A stretch of DNA of 63,788 nt, the filler included, from Peribolospora baueri (taxonomy: Eukaryota), in the NCBI GenBank assembly GCA_029717555.1. It is 5 parts of 5 records of this genome, joined end to end, with 100 filler letters (N's around TTAATTAATTAA, not from the genome) between each part and the next. Parts side by side here need not be neighbours in the genome. Positions count along the whole stretch, not along the records: positions 28,768 to 42,165 come from JAMDHS010000168.1; positions 42,266 to 55,598 come from JAMDHS010000169.1; 3 more parts are not named here. One strand, written 5' to 3'. The stretch's first letter is position 1. Every line of letters starts with the position of its first letter. Positions 40,701 to 52,679 of the stretch are shown piece after piece. The notes beneath the pieces are model-generated. The model did not search any database, had not been told where the DNA came from, and worked only from the letters and a program-made list of their open reading frames with translations. Both the position numbers and the translations under genes were made by a program.

Positions 40701-42165
40701 GGCGCTGGTGGAGCGTGCAGCCAAGCTGGCGGATGCGCACAAGTTCATTGAGTCACTGCCAAAGGGGTATGATACACTTGTGGGCGAGGAGGGTGGTAGG
40801 ATCTCCGGTGGTGAGTTTGCCCGACGTCATCTCCTCACATTCGAATTAACGGCGCGTAGTACAGATTTTAACTCGCCTACTGCTCCGTCCTTCCGTGGCT
40901 ACAGGCCAGAAGCAGCGCATCGCGCTCGCGCGAGCAATCGTCAAAGACCCGCGAATCCTTATCCTCGATGAAGCGACAGCCGCTCTCGATTCACAATCCG
41001 AGGCCGCGATCCAAAGGGCGTTCGATACGGTCTCTGAAGGTCGTACGACGCTCGCCATCGCGCACCGCCTGTCAACCCTGAAATACTACGACAAAATCAT
41101 TGTCTTGGCGCATGGCAGGGTCATGGAACAGGGCACCCATGCCGAGCTGATCGCTCTTCGGGGGCATTATTATAACCTGGCGCAAGCTCAGAACGCTATT
41201 GCTCCGGAAGAGCGCGAGACGAAGAAGACCGACACAGGCCTTGTCACTCAAAAGATGGAGGAAGAAACGGGTAACAGCGCTCCGTCTACCGAGGAAGAAT
41301 CGGTCAGCAAATTCGACCCCAATGCCGACGACGGCTGGGGTTCACCGCCACCCGAGTATGACGAGACTTGTTCTGTTTGTGAAGACGGTCACGAACACCG
41401 AAGGTCGTACTCCACCTCGGCCATCCTTCATCGCATCGCTGGCATGACTCGGCCGGAGTGGATCTACGTCATGATCGGCCTCGGCACCTCCGCGATCATA
41501 GGTGGTGCGTTCTCCGGCGAGGCGGTCATCTTTGGACACGTCATTGACGCACTCAACCCTTGCAAGGGCCTCGACAGGGTGCGCACGAGCGCCGATTTCT
41601 TTGCCCTCATGTTCTTTCTTCTCGCCCTTGTCGAGCTCTTTTCCTACACCGTGAATGGCTCCGCGTTTGGGTACACGTCCGAGCGGCTGCTCTTCCGCGT
41701 GCGCGGGCTCAGCTTCCGGTCATTGTGTCATCAGCGACTGGCCTGGTTTGACAAGCACGAGCAGACGCCGTCGACCATGATTTCGAGCCTGTCCTCGGAC
41801 GCGAACCACCTCGGGGGTCTGACCGGAACGGTGATCGGGACCATGTTTGCCATTTTCGTCAACCTGGTCGCGGGTATCACGCTGGCTCACGTCATCGCTT
41901 GGAAGATTGCCATCGTTATCCTCTCCACCGTGCCTATCCTGCTCGCCTCTGGTTACATGCGTCTCAAGGTGTTGGCCGACTTTCAAAGACGTCACGAAGT
42001 TGCGTATGTCAAGTCAACCGCCATCGCCACCGAGGCCATTTCCTCCATCCGCACTGTGGCATCCTTGGGCAGGGAGGACGACGTGAGCCGTCTATTCCGA
42101 GAGAGCCTCGAGCGCCCATACAAGGAGTCGCTTCGGCACATCATCTACGGCAACGTTTGGCTCGC
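37705..42165 (+). CDS. ABCB/MDR (P-glycoprotein-type) ABC transporter; TMD1-NBD1-partial TMD2, truncated at contig end
   Basis: [21 protein letters not shown], Walker [10 protein letters not shown], signature [33 protein letters not shown]-loop [22 protein letters not shown]. Start codon uncertain. Confidence 0.93.
39055..39137. repeat. 42-bp tandem duplication (2 copies) inside an ABC-transporter intron
   Basis: CTCTCAGAT(A/C)GAGTCCTCTCTTGCG(G/A)GCCGTCA(C/T)TTATGGT twice. Confidence 0.9.
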
Positions 42166-42265
42166 NNNNNNNNNNNNNNNNNNNNNNNNNNNNNNNNNNN
42201 NNNNNNNNNTTAATTAATTAANNNNNNNNNNNNNNNNNNNNNNNNNNNNNNNNNNNNNNNNNNNN
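42166..42265. other. Artificial contig spacer
   Basis: N44-TTAATTAATTAA-N44. Confidence 0.99.
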
Positions 42266-42407
42266 AGGCAGGGTGGTGCTGGTGGTGGTGAAGAGAAAGG
42301 AGAAGGAGAAGAGAAAAGGAAGAAATGGTCGTATGGAGTCACGCCCCCCCACAAACTCAATCTGAACGGCGCTTAGTGCAGAGTCAAACTAATATTTAAT
42401 ATTTCGG
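42266..42407 (-). repeat. Dispersed repeat copy A (inverted relative to 54342-54496), cut by the contig start
   Basis: Reverse complement CCGAAATATTAAATATTAGTTTGACTCTGCACTAAGCGCCGTTCAGATTGAGTTTG...GGCGTGACTCCATACGACCAT...CAGCACCACCCTGCCT matches 54342-54496. Confidence 0.93.
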
Positions 42408-43366
42408 TCGCGGCTCTTGTTGATGACCAGGCGAACAACCCGCTTCGCCAGCGCCGGGTTGATGAAGGCTAGTCTGCGAAGCAGGCCGCTCACCGCATCG
42501 TGCTGCAACGGGAAGCAGACGAAGAAGTGGGAGACGAGGACGAGGGAGGGGAGTGCCAGAAAGTCGCCGGAAAGAGGGTGGTGGGACGCTTAGCCTCCTC
42601 ACTTCCCCAACGGCCCAGGGGCCGTTTGGAAGGCTGCCTCTCCCTTTGCACCTGGTCACCCTCGAATTTCGCCAAACTCGAGCTCGTCCCCTTTTGCCCA
42701 CCTTTGACCACAGCCGCACAAGCACCTCCTTGCGTCAGGACGTCGTGGCACAGCCTGACTTTGCCCTCGACTGACGCGCATATAGCCTGCTTTTCAGCCA
42801 GATCATCGGATGGCACGCGTCGCTGGGAGTGAGGGGGCGTCGGTGGACGGGCGGTGGGGCTTGACAGGATCTATCCATCCATCCATCCATCCATCTGTCT
42901 GTCTGGCTCTCAGCGCTCCTCTCTGCCCTTGCCTCTTTGCAAACACCCTCGACCGATGCGCTGGTGACGGACGACGACCTTCGAGTGATCTAATCTGATT
43001 GTCACTCGCCGCCCAAGGAGCGACGACGGTGTTATGGTTCCGAGATCGCGATCACACAAGGTGCTTTCCACCCCGTTTCCGGACAGACGGACACACGAAC
43101 GGACGACTCTTGTTGCCTCCGGCTGGTCCTCCAGCATGCCTGAGGAGAGGACGTCGGGCGACTTTGAACGAACCAAGTGGTAACAACGCCCGGGGCAGAT
43201 CCGAGCCTGGAAGGAGAAGACTGCACGACGTACACATCACGCGCACATGGAGAGCTGGTCCGCAGAGCGACTGGCAAACGACATCTTGTTCCCCCATCTC
43301 CTGCGCGAGCATACATGCCGGTGTGAACCAAGTCGCGCCCACCACGGACACAGACACGGACACCGT

Positions 43367-46300
43367 TCACAGCTGCCCTTCCTCCACATCGCTGTCCGCT
43401 TTGGCCCTCTTCGGCGCCGCGTCGTCGTCGAGCTCGTAACGAGCGCGCTAGAGAGAAACAGAATTCAGAAAACGGTCAAAGGACGATTCGCGTCGACATC
43501 GACGTCCTGTTGGTCGCGAAAACGACGACGAGCCGGACGACCGCGTAGACGACTCACCTTCCTCGAGCCGACCTGCCCACCCGTCCCGTCCTCCGTCCTG
43601 CCTTTCCCACCAGGGCTCCGGCTGCTCCTCTCCGACGCCCTGTCTCTCTCCGTCTCCCTGCCACGCTCCCGTCGATCCCGACTTCGCTCACGGTGATGCC
43701 GATCCCTATCCCGGTCGCGGTGCCGGTCCCTCTCCCTCTCCTTGCTGTCGTCCCGGGCGCGCCGCGATGAACGATCCCGCGATCGCTCTCGCTCTCGCTC
43801 AGCCATTTCGAGCTTCTCCTGTGCAGGCGACCGACAACATCTCTCGTCAGCGGGCAATGTCGAAAGGAGGCACACGCAAGGAAGACGGACCGCCACCGTA
43901 CGCACCTTTTGTCTCCGCACAAACTTAATCCAAGCCCCTTTCCTCGCCTCCTCGTTCTCATCGCCCATAACTTTGAACTCGTCCAGGCCGGCGATGCGCG
44001 GACGCACCTCCTCGAAGCTTGCGTCCAGATCTAACGGCGGTTCCATTTTCTTGAGAGCGTAGCGGAGGTCCTCTGTTTGATGGCGCAGGACGCGCTCTTG
44101 TCGTCGGCGCTCGGCTCGGGCCCTCTCCGCGGCACGGGAGTGCAGCTGCCGAGTAGACAAAGTGAGAGTTGGCGTAGTCCGGTCAACGTTGCATCCTCAA
44201 AATGCGACTTTTAAAACGCGCGCCGCTTACGTCTTCGAAAATCAGCTTCCGGTCCTCATCCGTAGCATCAGCCACGCTCTCCTCCCCCTGCAGCCAACTT
44301 TCAAACTCAGCCGCTTCCGTGTTCTCCTCTACGGCCTTTCCTTTCGCCTTTAGCTCGTCCTCCACCTTGTCCATTTTCGCGTCGAGCACCTTGTCCAACT
44401 CGTCGACGGCGAAGAAGAAAAGCTCCAGAGCATCTGAACCCGGCTGGCCAAGGAGGTTCAGGTAGCGCTCGTCCGACGCGAACGAAGGAAACAGCGTCTT
44501 CCACTTGCTACGGGCGTGCAAAGCTCCGGATGCTTTGAGTTCGTCCAGCAACGCCTGTGGGAGAAAAACCATAGCGGAACTCCATGTCACTCAAAACGCG
44601 CGCGCGAGAGAGGGAGAGAGAGATGCGGAACTCAGCGGATTCGGCGATCAACTCACGATGAACTGTTCCCTGGCCTTCCTAGCTTTGCGCTCCCTTTCCT
44701 TTTTCTGTTTCTGCCTTTGGTCGTAAAACTCCTTCTCTACGCTCTTGGCATATTCCTCGAACACGATGAGCATGTCAAGCCCCTCGAGCTGTTGGAGCTG
44801 CGCGTCGTTCTGAAAGTCGGTGCTCTCGATCACGGCGGCCTGCGCGTCGCGCCAGCGGACGCGAGCGTCGAGCTCGAGCGACTTGAGCAAAGACATGAGC
44901 ATATCCATGTTCCGATGACGTGTCTCGCGTTGAGCGACCTGTCGTGTGAGAAAAAACGGGGCCCAAGACTGACTCAGCGACGCGTCTGGATGGGAGGTAG
45001 TCGAGGTACGCTGACGCACCGCTTCCTTTTCCCTAAAGTCAGACATGACCTCTTCGAACAGCTGTCTCCTCTCCGCCTCATCCGGAACCTGCTTCCATTC
45101 GGGCCTCTCTCCAAAGAACTTTTGAGCGGTCCTAAAGCTGGTGTAAGGCCTCATCCTCTCGTCGCCGCTGAACATCTCCCGGAACATGGGCTTGAGTCGC
45201 GCCGCCCTCGCCTCGCGCTCCTCCTGCTCTCGGCGCTTGAGCTCTTCGACGTACTTCTGATACGCCGTCTTGCGCTCCGCGAGCGTCTTGAGCGCCTTGT
45301 AGAGAGGGTCCGTGATGACCTCGCGCATCGTCTGCTCCCAAGTCCACGTCGCGTCCACGCCGGTGCGGCGCAAGAGGTCCATGAACGCCCGCTCCGCTTC
45401 GGCGTGATCGCGGAAATGCAGGTCGACCTTGGGGCCCAACGGCGGCTCTCCCATCGGCCGACTTGGCAGTGACAGACCCGAAACGAATCCGGGAGCCGGC
45501 GGTCCTGCGCCAGGACCTCCGCGCGGGGGAAGGGGGGTCGCATTCGCAGACGTGCCGGGAGAGGGGCCTAAAGAGGGAGGCGGACCGGGAGTACCTTGGG
45601 GTTGTGGAGACACCCCCTGACCGTGACCGATGAGGTTGGGAGCGGGAGATCCGTACGGCTGAGACGCCGGGCCTGTGCTAGCAGCGCCTCCAGGACCGGG
45701 GCTTTGACTGGCTGCCTGAGGCGGACCTGCCAGAGCGGGCGACTCTGTGCGCTGACGGGCCGGCGATGGCGCTTGTGTTGAGACTGCAGGGGATGCCCTA
45801 TAAAGACGAAATAGAACGTAAAGGATAGACCTCAGTGGATAGCGGAGCAAAGGGCAAGATGATCTTAGTCTACTTACGAAGCAGATGTCGGTTGTTCAGC
45901 CTCGACCTTGGCCATGAGCTGCTTCACCTCCTCCGGCAAGGTCCAAGAGCTCTCCTTCGTGTTCGAGTTGACATAGTATTTGCGCCCGCTGTTCGACGAT
46001 GGGTAACAAGGGAGAGAACACAATGAGCCGTCGGCTGCGGACGTTACGGACGGCGCCGAATCTCACTTGGTCACATATTCTTTCCACGGCGTGGTCTCAA
46101 GTACTTTCTGTAGACGTGAAACAACGAGGCATGCCGCCGTGAGCAGTGTGCACAAAGACGGATATCAATGTCGGCTGTGACACACTGACCTCGAATGGCG
46201 TTTTCAGCTCGCTTGGCTTCTCCCAGACGCTGCGCTTCTCGACCGTATGGTACCAGTACGTCCGTCCCTCCGCGTTGGTGTGTTCCGTCTGAAAGAAGAA

Positions 46301-46501
46301 CAGCCGTAAGCATTTCAACGCTCTTTACTACTACAAGGAAGAGCAAAGCAAACAAGGCCTTACCCAAGGGCTGGACGGCGCAGATGGATTGGAAGCCTGC
46401 GGACGGTTATCAGATTGCAGCGAGGGATGTGATGTGAGCAATTCTGCGGTGACTATGACTGGCTGACAGAGAGATTGAGAGGGAAGCCTGAAGCTCACCA
46501 T
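43367..46501 (-). CDS. PRP40: U1 snRNP-associated splicing factor Prp40 (2 WW plus FF repeats)
   Basis: W-TEHTNAEGRTYWYH...SVWEKP, GRKYYVNSNTKESSWTLP, FF domain AERAFMDLLRRTGVDATWTWEQTMREVITDPLYKAL, RD-rich tail ending DVEEGQL-stop. First coding exon appears to be ATG only. Confidence 0.93.
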
Positions 46502-46743
46502 CTCTATCTGAGCGCCTACAGGCGAAGAATGTCTCAACGTTTGGTAAAGCGGTGAGGCGAGGCGAAGCTTGAGGCGACTTGGATGAACGCTGGAAGAGAA
46601 AGAGCGAGAGACGCGGAGGTGTAAGTAGTTGATCGAGCGGTTGCCGCAGCAGGTTTTCTTCTTGTGCGCGCCATACTCGCTCCCTCTACTCAAATCCACT
46701 TCCCCATAGACACTTCACCTAGACGACAAAGGAGACGAAAACT

Positions 46744-47994
46744 ATGGGCAACCCACGCCAGCGCCGGAAGCTTCGCTCGTCTTCGAACTCAGTCCGCTCG
46801 ACGAAGAACCAAAAGAAGAAGCTGAATCGCGTGGCGCCAGTGAAGGGGCCGAAGGTGCTTCAGGATGCTTGGGACAAGACGCTAACGGTCCAGCAGAAGT
46901 GAGCATTCGATTCGCCCGCTAGACCGTAGAGAGAGTCTTGTTTGTTCTACGTCTTTGAGGATTGGTGGAGCTGTACCGGAAGGGTAGCAGTTTGGCTAAA
47001 CCTACTTTTCGCTCGACTCTTTTCCACCGTGCAGCTATGCAAAGCTCGGCCTGCTTTCCGCCTTATCCACGCGACAATCCGGCGGCGTGGAGCCAGAATT
47101 GCGCGTCCCGTCTACTTCAATCTTTTCCCAGTCTTCTGCTTCCACTTCAGCGGCCCAGGCGAATGGTCGACCCGAGCCTTCCTCTTCCGTCAAGGGCAAA
47201 GGCAAAACGAAAGAGCAACAGGTCTCGACGGAGGAGAAAGGGAGCGGGTCAAAGCCGCGAAAGGGCATGGGGCGGATCGTACGAGATGCAGAAGGCAAGA
47301 TTGTGGACATCATTTTGGCGGAGGAGGACGAAGAGGAGGCTGTTGAGGGGGGGCCTGAGAAGGCGGAGCAGGATGATGAGACGACTCCCTGGGGCGAGGC
47401 GATGGAGGAATGGGAGTGGGAAGGAGAAGAGGCAGGCGAGGAAAGAAATTCGGGGAAAGGGAGAACGCACAGAGATGCAGCGGGGACGTTTCCGAAGAAG
47501 AGAGAGGCGGACACAGAGGTCGTTGAAGGTGCGTCTCAAATTCAGTTTTGATGTACATGTCTCTTGTGGTCAACGCACCACTGCTGACCGTACCTTCTCA
47601 TCCGCATCGCTCTCTCTTCCCAGCCCTGGAAGAACTTTCTTCGCGGTCCAACAAGCCCGTCCCTCGATACATCTCCACTGCCGAGCGTTCCTGGCTAGAA
47701 CGATTGGTGGAGCGGTATGGCGAGGATACCGGTGCGATGGCGATGGACATCAAGCTTAACGTGTTGCAGAAGACGGAAGGGGAGATTAAGAGAGCGTGAG
47801 TGGTCCCACCGTCCCGCTCGTCCGCGACCGCGGCTGAAGGCGCGTCGGAAGCGTTCGAAACGGGCCGAGCACGTCCCCTCTGCCGCCTTCCATCTTCCCA
47901 CTGCTGACCCCGCCTTTCGACCTCCCTTCCTGCCGCGATTTCTCCCAGCGTTAGAAAGGCCGGCGGATTTGCGAAGCTCAAGCTGCTCTCATAA
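46744..47994 (+). CDS. NOP16: Ribosome biogenesis protein Nop16, multi-exon
   Basis: MGNPRQRRK...AWDKTLTVQQN-YAKLGL; STAERSWLERLVERYGEDTGAMAMDIKLNVLQKTEGEIKR. Confidence 0.9.
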
Positions 47995-48724
47995 AGTCAC
48001 GCCTGCGCGGCTTTCGCGGGATGTTTCTCCGTCGTCTCCGTCGTGAGTATCTCTCCGCGTTGCCTCCCTTTGTCACCTGGAGAAGTGATGAAGAATTACG
48101 GATGTAAACAAAATGTCTTCCGAGAGCGCATACAACTCGTGTGGATATCTCCGTTGCCTTCCTTCTGATCTCTTTGGGGTGTGCGCCGGTGGGGGCCATT
48201 GCGACCGTTGGACTCGGTGTGCTGACGACCTGGTGTGTCTCTCCCGCAGCTCTTTTCGCGTTCGTCGTGGGCGTTTCTGTACTGTATCGGACTTCGATGC
48301 ACTGCCTTGTTGTCAACGGAGGCTGTACTTTGATGATAATGAGCTCGAGTGTCCTCTCTGAACGAGCCAGCATGTTTTTTCGTCTCTTGGAAGACGCCGG
48401 CCGAGTGTTTGGCGGCGAAGAGCGGCGATTACGTAAACGCCATCGGTAACCCTACGTTGGCCGCTCGCTCTCCTCTCTCTCTCCATGCATGCGGGTCGGA
48501 CGCGCGCGCGACGCGGAGGAGGAACGCGACCGGGTGTGATCTGCGACGGAGAGAAGTCGCCATCGTCGTCGTCGCCATCGTCGTCACCATCATCGTCACC
48601 ATCATCGTCGCCTTGGTCGTCCCCGTCATCGCCCCCACCTCGTCGCCTTCCAACGACTCCCACCCTTCTCTCTCCGCTACAGTCCAGCTCCCCTCTCTCC
48701 CTGCCAACCGCGAGCTCGCTCGCC

Positions 48725-51653
48725 ATGGCGTCCCACGCCTTCCCCCAAGGGCCGCCCCCGCTCGGCCCTCCTCACCACTCCGCCGCGCCCTCACCGCGAG
48801 CCGACTTGGCCCCGTCCCCCTCGCTGGCTGCCTCTCCCTTCCCGCTCAGCTCTCAGCACGGCGGTTATCCGCCATCTACCTCCGCTGCACATCTCCCCGC
48901 TCCGCCCCACCAGACAGCGCCCGCGATCGGCGTGGCCACCAACGTCTACACCGCCGTCTACTCCGGCGTCCCCGTCTACGAGATGATGGTCCGCGGTATC
49001 GCAGTCATGCGTCGACGACAGGACTCGTACATGAACGCCACGCAGATCCTCAAGCTGGCCGGCATCGACAAGGGCAAGAGGACCAAGATCCTCGAGAGGG
49101 AGATACTCACCGGGGAGCACGAGAAGGTGCAAGGCGGGTACGGAAAGTATCAGGGCACTTGGTGAGTCCCATCGTCGTCCTTACCCCTTTTCCATCGTCT
49201 TCGGTCCCTCCGGCCTCCGCTCCTCACTGCTCACTTCGATCCCCTTTACTGCCTGCCCGTCCGCCTCACCTCGCCCAGGGTCCCTTTCGAGCGCGGCGAG
49301 GATCTCGTGGCGCGATACAACGTCGGCCACCTCCTTCGACCCCTTCTCGACTTTGCTCCCTCCGCCGCACCTCCTGGAGCCGGTTCGAGCGCTTTCGAAC
49401 CTCTTTCATCCCAGCCGTCCCTCGGTCCACCACCACCTTCCAACACCCGACCCGGCCGGGCTCCTTCCGCCCAGCCAAGGTTCATGCCCACTCCCGCCCG
49501 TAACCCGTACGATCCGGGACAGTCAGGTCAGCAGCCACCGCACCGGGCAGGGATGGGCATGAACGTGCCACAACCGGTTTCCGGTCGATTCATCGCCGAC
49601 GGCTATCCCGGAGGCTCATCTCAAGCCGGCTACTCTTCCTACGACCGCGGACCCGTCGGAGGTCCTGGTCCCAGCACGTCCTCAGCCAACGCGGACCACC
49701 TCAACGGCGAGTTCAACGCGGGAGTGAAACGCCCTCGTGAGGTGGACGCAGGTATATCCCCGCGCGTGACCGACGGTTTTGGCCTAGCACCCGGTGCCCC
49801 GATAGATATGGACGGACGATCTCCCGCTTCGAAGCGGCTCCGACCGTCCAAGCCGCACGAGCTGGTTGTGAATCACGAAGGCGATGCGCTGAACGCGCTC
49901 AACCGCGCGATACGAGCCGGACCGCCTCCGTCCGGGGCGCCGGGCGTCGCCGCGGGCAAGAGACCGGCAGCAGTGCCGTTGGAAGGCATCAACGGTCGGA
50001 TGAGCAACAGCCAGAGGCAGCGGGCTCTTCTCATGAGCATCTTCCAAGACGAAGGCACGGCCAAACTCGAGGAGCTCCTCCGGACGCATCGGACCGTCGC
50101 CACGGCCAACCCCGCGGCGGCGGAGAAGGAGAGCGAAGGAGCGAATGGCACAGCGTTGTCGCTTTCCGGAAAGAAGACGCCGCTGATCGTGCCAGAAGAT
50201 CCGAACGCGCCCCTGCTCGACGTGAATCTCATCATTGACGAGCACGGACACACCGCCCTACACTGGGCCTGCGCCCTGGCGCGCACCCCGCTCGTCGCCC
50301 TCCTCATCGCCCACGGGGCCAACCCGAACCTAGGCAACTACGCGGGCGAGACGCCGCTGCAGCGTTCGGTGCTCGTCACCAACGCGTACGACGCTGGTTG
50401 CTTTCCCGACCTGCTCCGTATTCTCGCCCCGAGCCTGCGAACTTTGGACGCAAGCAACCGGTCGGTGCTCCATCACATTTGTCTCATCGCCTCCCTCAAG
50501 GGCCGCAGCGCGAGCGCCCGGTACTACATGGAGACCATCTTTGGCTACATCGCCAAGGAGGAGAAGGGCCGCTTCAGGGCGCTCGTCGACGCGGCGGACG
50601 AGAACGGAGATACGGCCCTCAACGTCGCGGCCCGTGTTGGCAATCGCAGCCTGGTGCGCATGCTCGTCGAGGTGGGCGCCGACAAGTCGAAGCCCAACAA
50701 CCTCGGCTTGCGGCCCGGGGACTTCTACGTCGAGGGAGAGGTGAGCTGCCCTTCCGTCGCCGTTCGTCCTTGGTGCGCGCTTTTCGCTGATTTTTTGTCT
50801 CGTCTGGCTTCGCTCCTCCGCCTAGGACCTCAACGTCGCGACGCCGGGCGATATCGTGGCGAGCTTAAGGAAAGACTCGTCCGTGCCCGTGCAAAAGAGT
50901 CAAGGAGTCATCGAACGTGAGTTGTCGTCTTTTGTTACGCCTGTTTCGTGTCGTCCGAGCGCATATACCCATGCCTTGTATTCCCTTCCGCTCGTCGTCT
51001 GGACCCGCAGAGATGACGTCCGTACTCCGGTCTCTTTCCACCGACTTTACTGCCGAGCTGAAAGGCAAGCAGGACACGCTGGAGACGACACAGGTGTCCT
51101 TACGAGCGGCGACGCGCGAACTCGCCGAGCAGCGCAGACAGGTGCAATATTGGCAGTCGCGCGTCGCCGAGCTCGACGAGGCGAGACAGCGCGTCAAGAA
51201 CCTCGAGGTCGCCATCGCAGAGGAACCGTCGGCGCCGACGGAGGGGACGCTGAGCGGAGAAACGGACGCGGAGGTGTGCGATCCCAAAGAGTCTGGCGAG
51301 GACGCCGATGCGCTCGTGGCGTTGCGGCGACGGAAAGCGTGGTACGAGAAGGCGATCGAGGCGATGGTGGAGAGGATCGGCAGGCTGGAGGGCGCGAGCG
51401 CTGAGAAAGAGGTCAAGTGCAAGAAGGTGGTGGCCATGTGCTGTGGCGTACCCGTTGAGAAGGTGGAGAAGGTGGGTGGATCGCCGCCGGACGACATGAC
51501 CGCCGCTTTCGCCTTTCTCACTTTTTCTTTTTTTTCGTCTTGTCGCAGATGCTCGACCAACTCGTCGTGGCGATCGAGTCGGACGGCGCCAACGTCGACC
51601 TCGGACGGGTAGCCGGCTTTATGTCCAAGGTCCGAGACCGCAGCGGCACATAG
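48725..51653 (+). CDS. APSES/KilA-N plus ankyrin G1/S transcription factor (Mbp1/Swi4/Res family)
   Basis: [40 protein letters not shown]...[15 protein letters not shown]; ankyrins [16 protein letters not shown] and [17 protein letters not shown]-terminal [17 protein letters not shown]...LVVAIESD. Confidence 0.93.
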
Positions 51654-52303
51654 CATGGTGTGGCCGCGGTCAGGTCCGCATACGGTTTGCGGCCGCTTGG
51701 CGCTTGGTGGTCCACGCTTTCGTTCGCGCAGTTTTTGAGTCGGTGTGCGTTCTTTCCCGTCGTTGAATAGTATTCTCGGGCCATCGTCGTCGTCCTCCTC
51801 CTCGCCGTCGTTTTGTCTTCTCCGTCTTGTATTCTTTACCATCATACCTTCTGTCGACCACCGTCGTCGTCGTTCGTCTCTCTCGCTCCTGGCTCTTGTC
51901 GCCACATCAAGTGAGACGGCAGCTATCGAATCTAGTTGTCCCGGATTCCGACTCGGCTCTCGCTCGAGTGTCGCAATTGCTGACGGAGAGCGCATGCACG
52001 TCGTTCCCGGTTCTTCCACGAGGCAAGTGCCGCGGCGCGCCAAGCGAGACGCCCATCGAAGGCATTCCGACCGCTTCTCGTCCCCGGCGGTGCGCAAAGC
52101 CTGCCGCGCAGCCAGGTAGCGGCATCGCGGGCCTGTTGCCTGTTGCACACGGCTAGCCTCGCCGCCTCGACGTGTACATGTCCAGCTCGAGAATCTCCCC
52201 TTTGCTCCATGGAGGATCGAAGCGAAGAACGGCACAGCCGTGATCCAAAACACGACTTACGGTCAAAAATAAAATGCAAAAACACAAACAAGAAACAAAT
52301 AGT

Positions 52304-52421
52304 TGACGAGACGGGGATTCGAGCCCACGCCCACAGGATGAGATATATATAGCCTCTTATCGGAGGTCATCCCTGGTCTGCGCCTTGGACCGCTCGGCCC
52401 GGCCGAGAAACCCATCTCCCG
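52304..52421 (-). pseudogene. Degenerate or rearranged tRNA-Leu-derived sequence
   Basis: Keeps D-arm GCCGAGCGGTCCAAGGCG and 3' GTGGGCTCGAATCCCCGTCTCGTCA (same TCTCGTCA end as the neighbouring tRNA). The B box is mutated, the T-stem is broken and the anticodon arm is replaced. Confidence 0.7.
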
Positions 52422-52576
52422 CTCTGCTTCAGCTGGCCCTTCTCGACCGAAACGAACGACGGACCGAAACGAACGACGGCACGGCTGCCTCAGTGAACAA
52501 CGAACGGCACACCGCAGTCCAAAAAAAACACCTACACGGCGCAAAGAAAATTCCACCCCGCAAAAACAAAAATATT

Positions 52577-52679
52577 TGACGAGAGTGGGATTCGAACCCA
52601 CGCCCCGGAGGACTGCGGATAAACCTCAAATACAAAGTAAACCTTAACACAGCGCCTTAGACCACTCGGCCATCTCGCC
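52577..52679 (-). tRNA. tRNA-Leu(AAG) with 23-nt intron (52619-52641)
   Basis: GGCGAGA-TG-GCCGAGTGGTCTAAGGC-G-CTGTG-TTAAGG[intron]C-CGCAG-variable arm-GTGGG-TTCGAAT-CCCAC-TCTCGTC-A folds as a class II cloverleaf; oligo-T terminator downstream. Confidence 0.93.

Noticed and set aside
28768..42165. RiPP (dikaritin-type) gene cluster made of the repeat precursor and the ABC transporter
   Set aside because: No UstYa/DUF3328 or other tailoring enzyme is visible, a myotubularin lies between them, and the repeats are long for dikaritin cores. The other flank is missing, so it is not fully excluded.
48349..52253. Long overlapping or antisense ORFs (48349-49503 +, 50865-52253 -)
   Set aside because: Shadow frames of the GC-rich APSES gene with no domain signal
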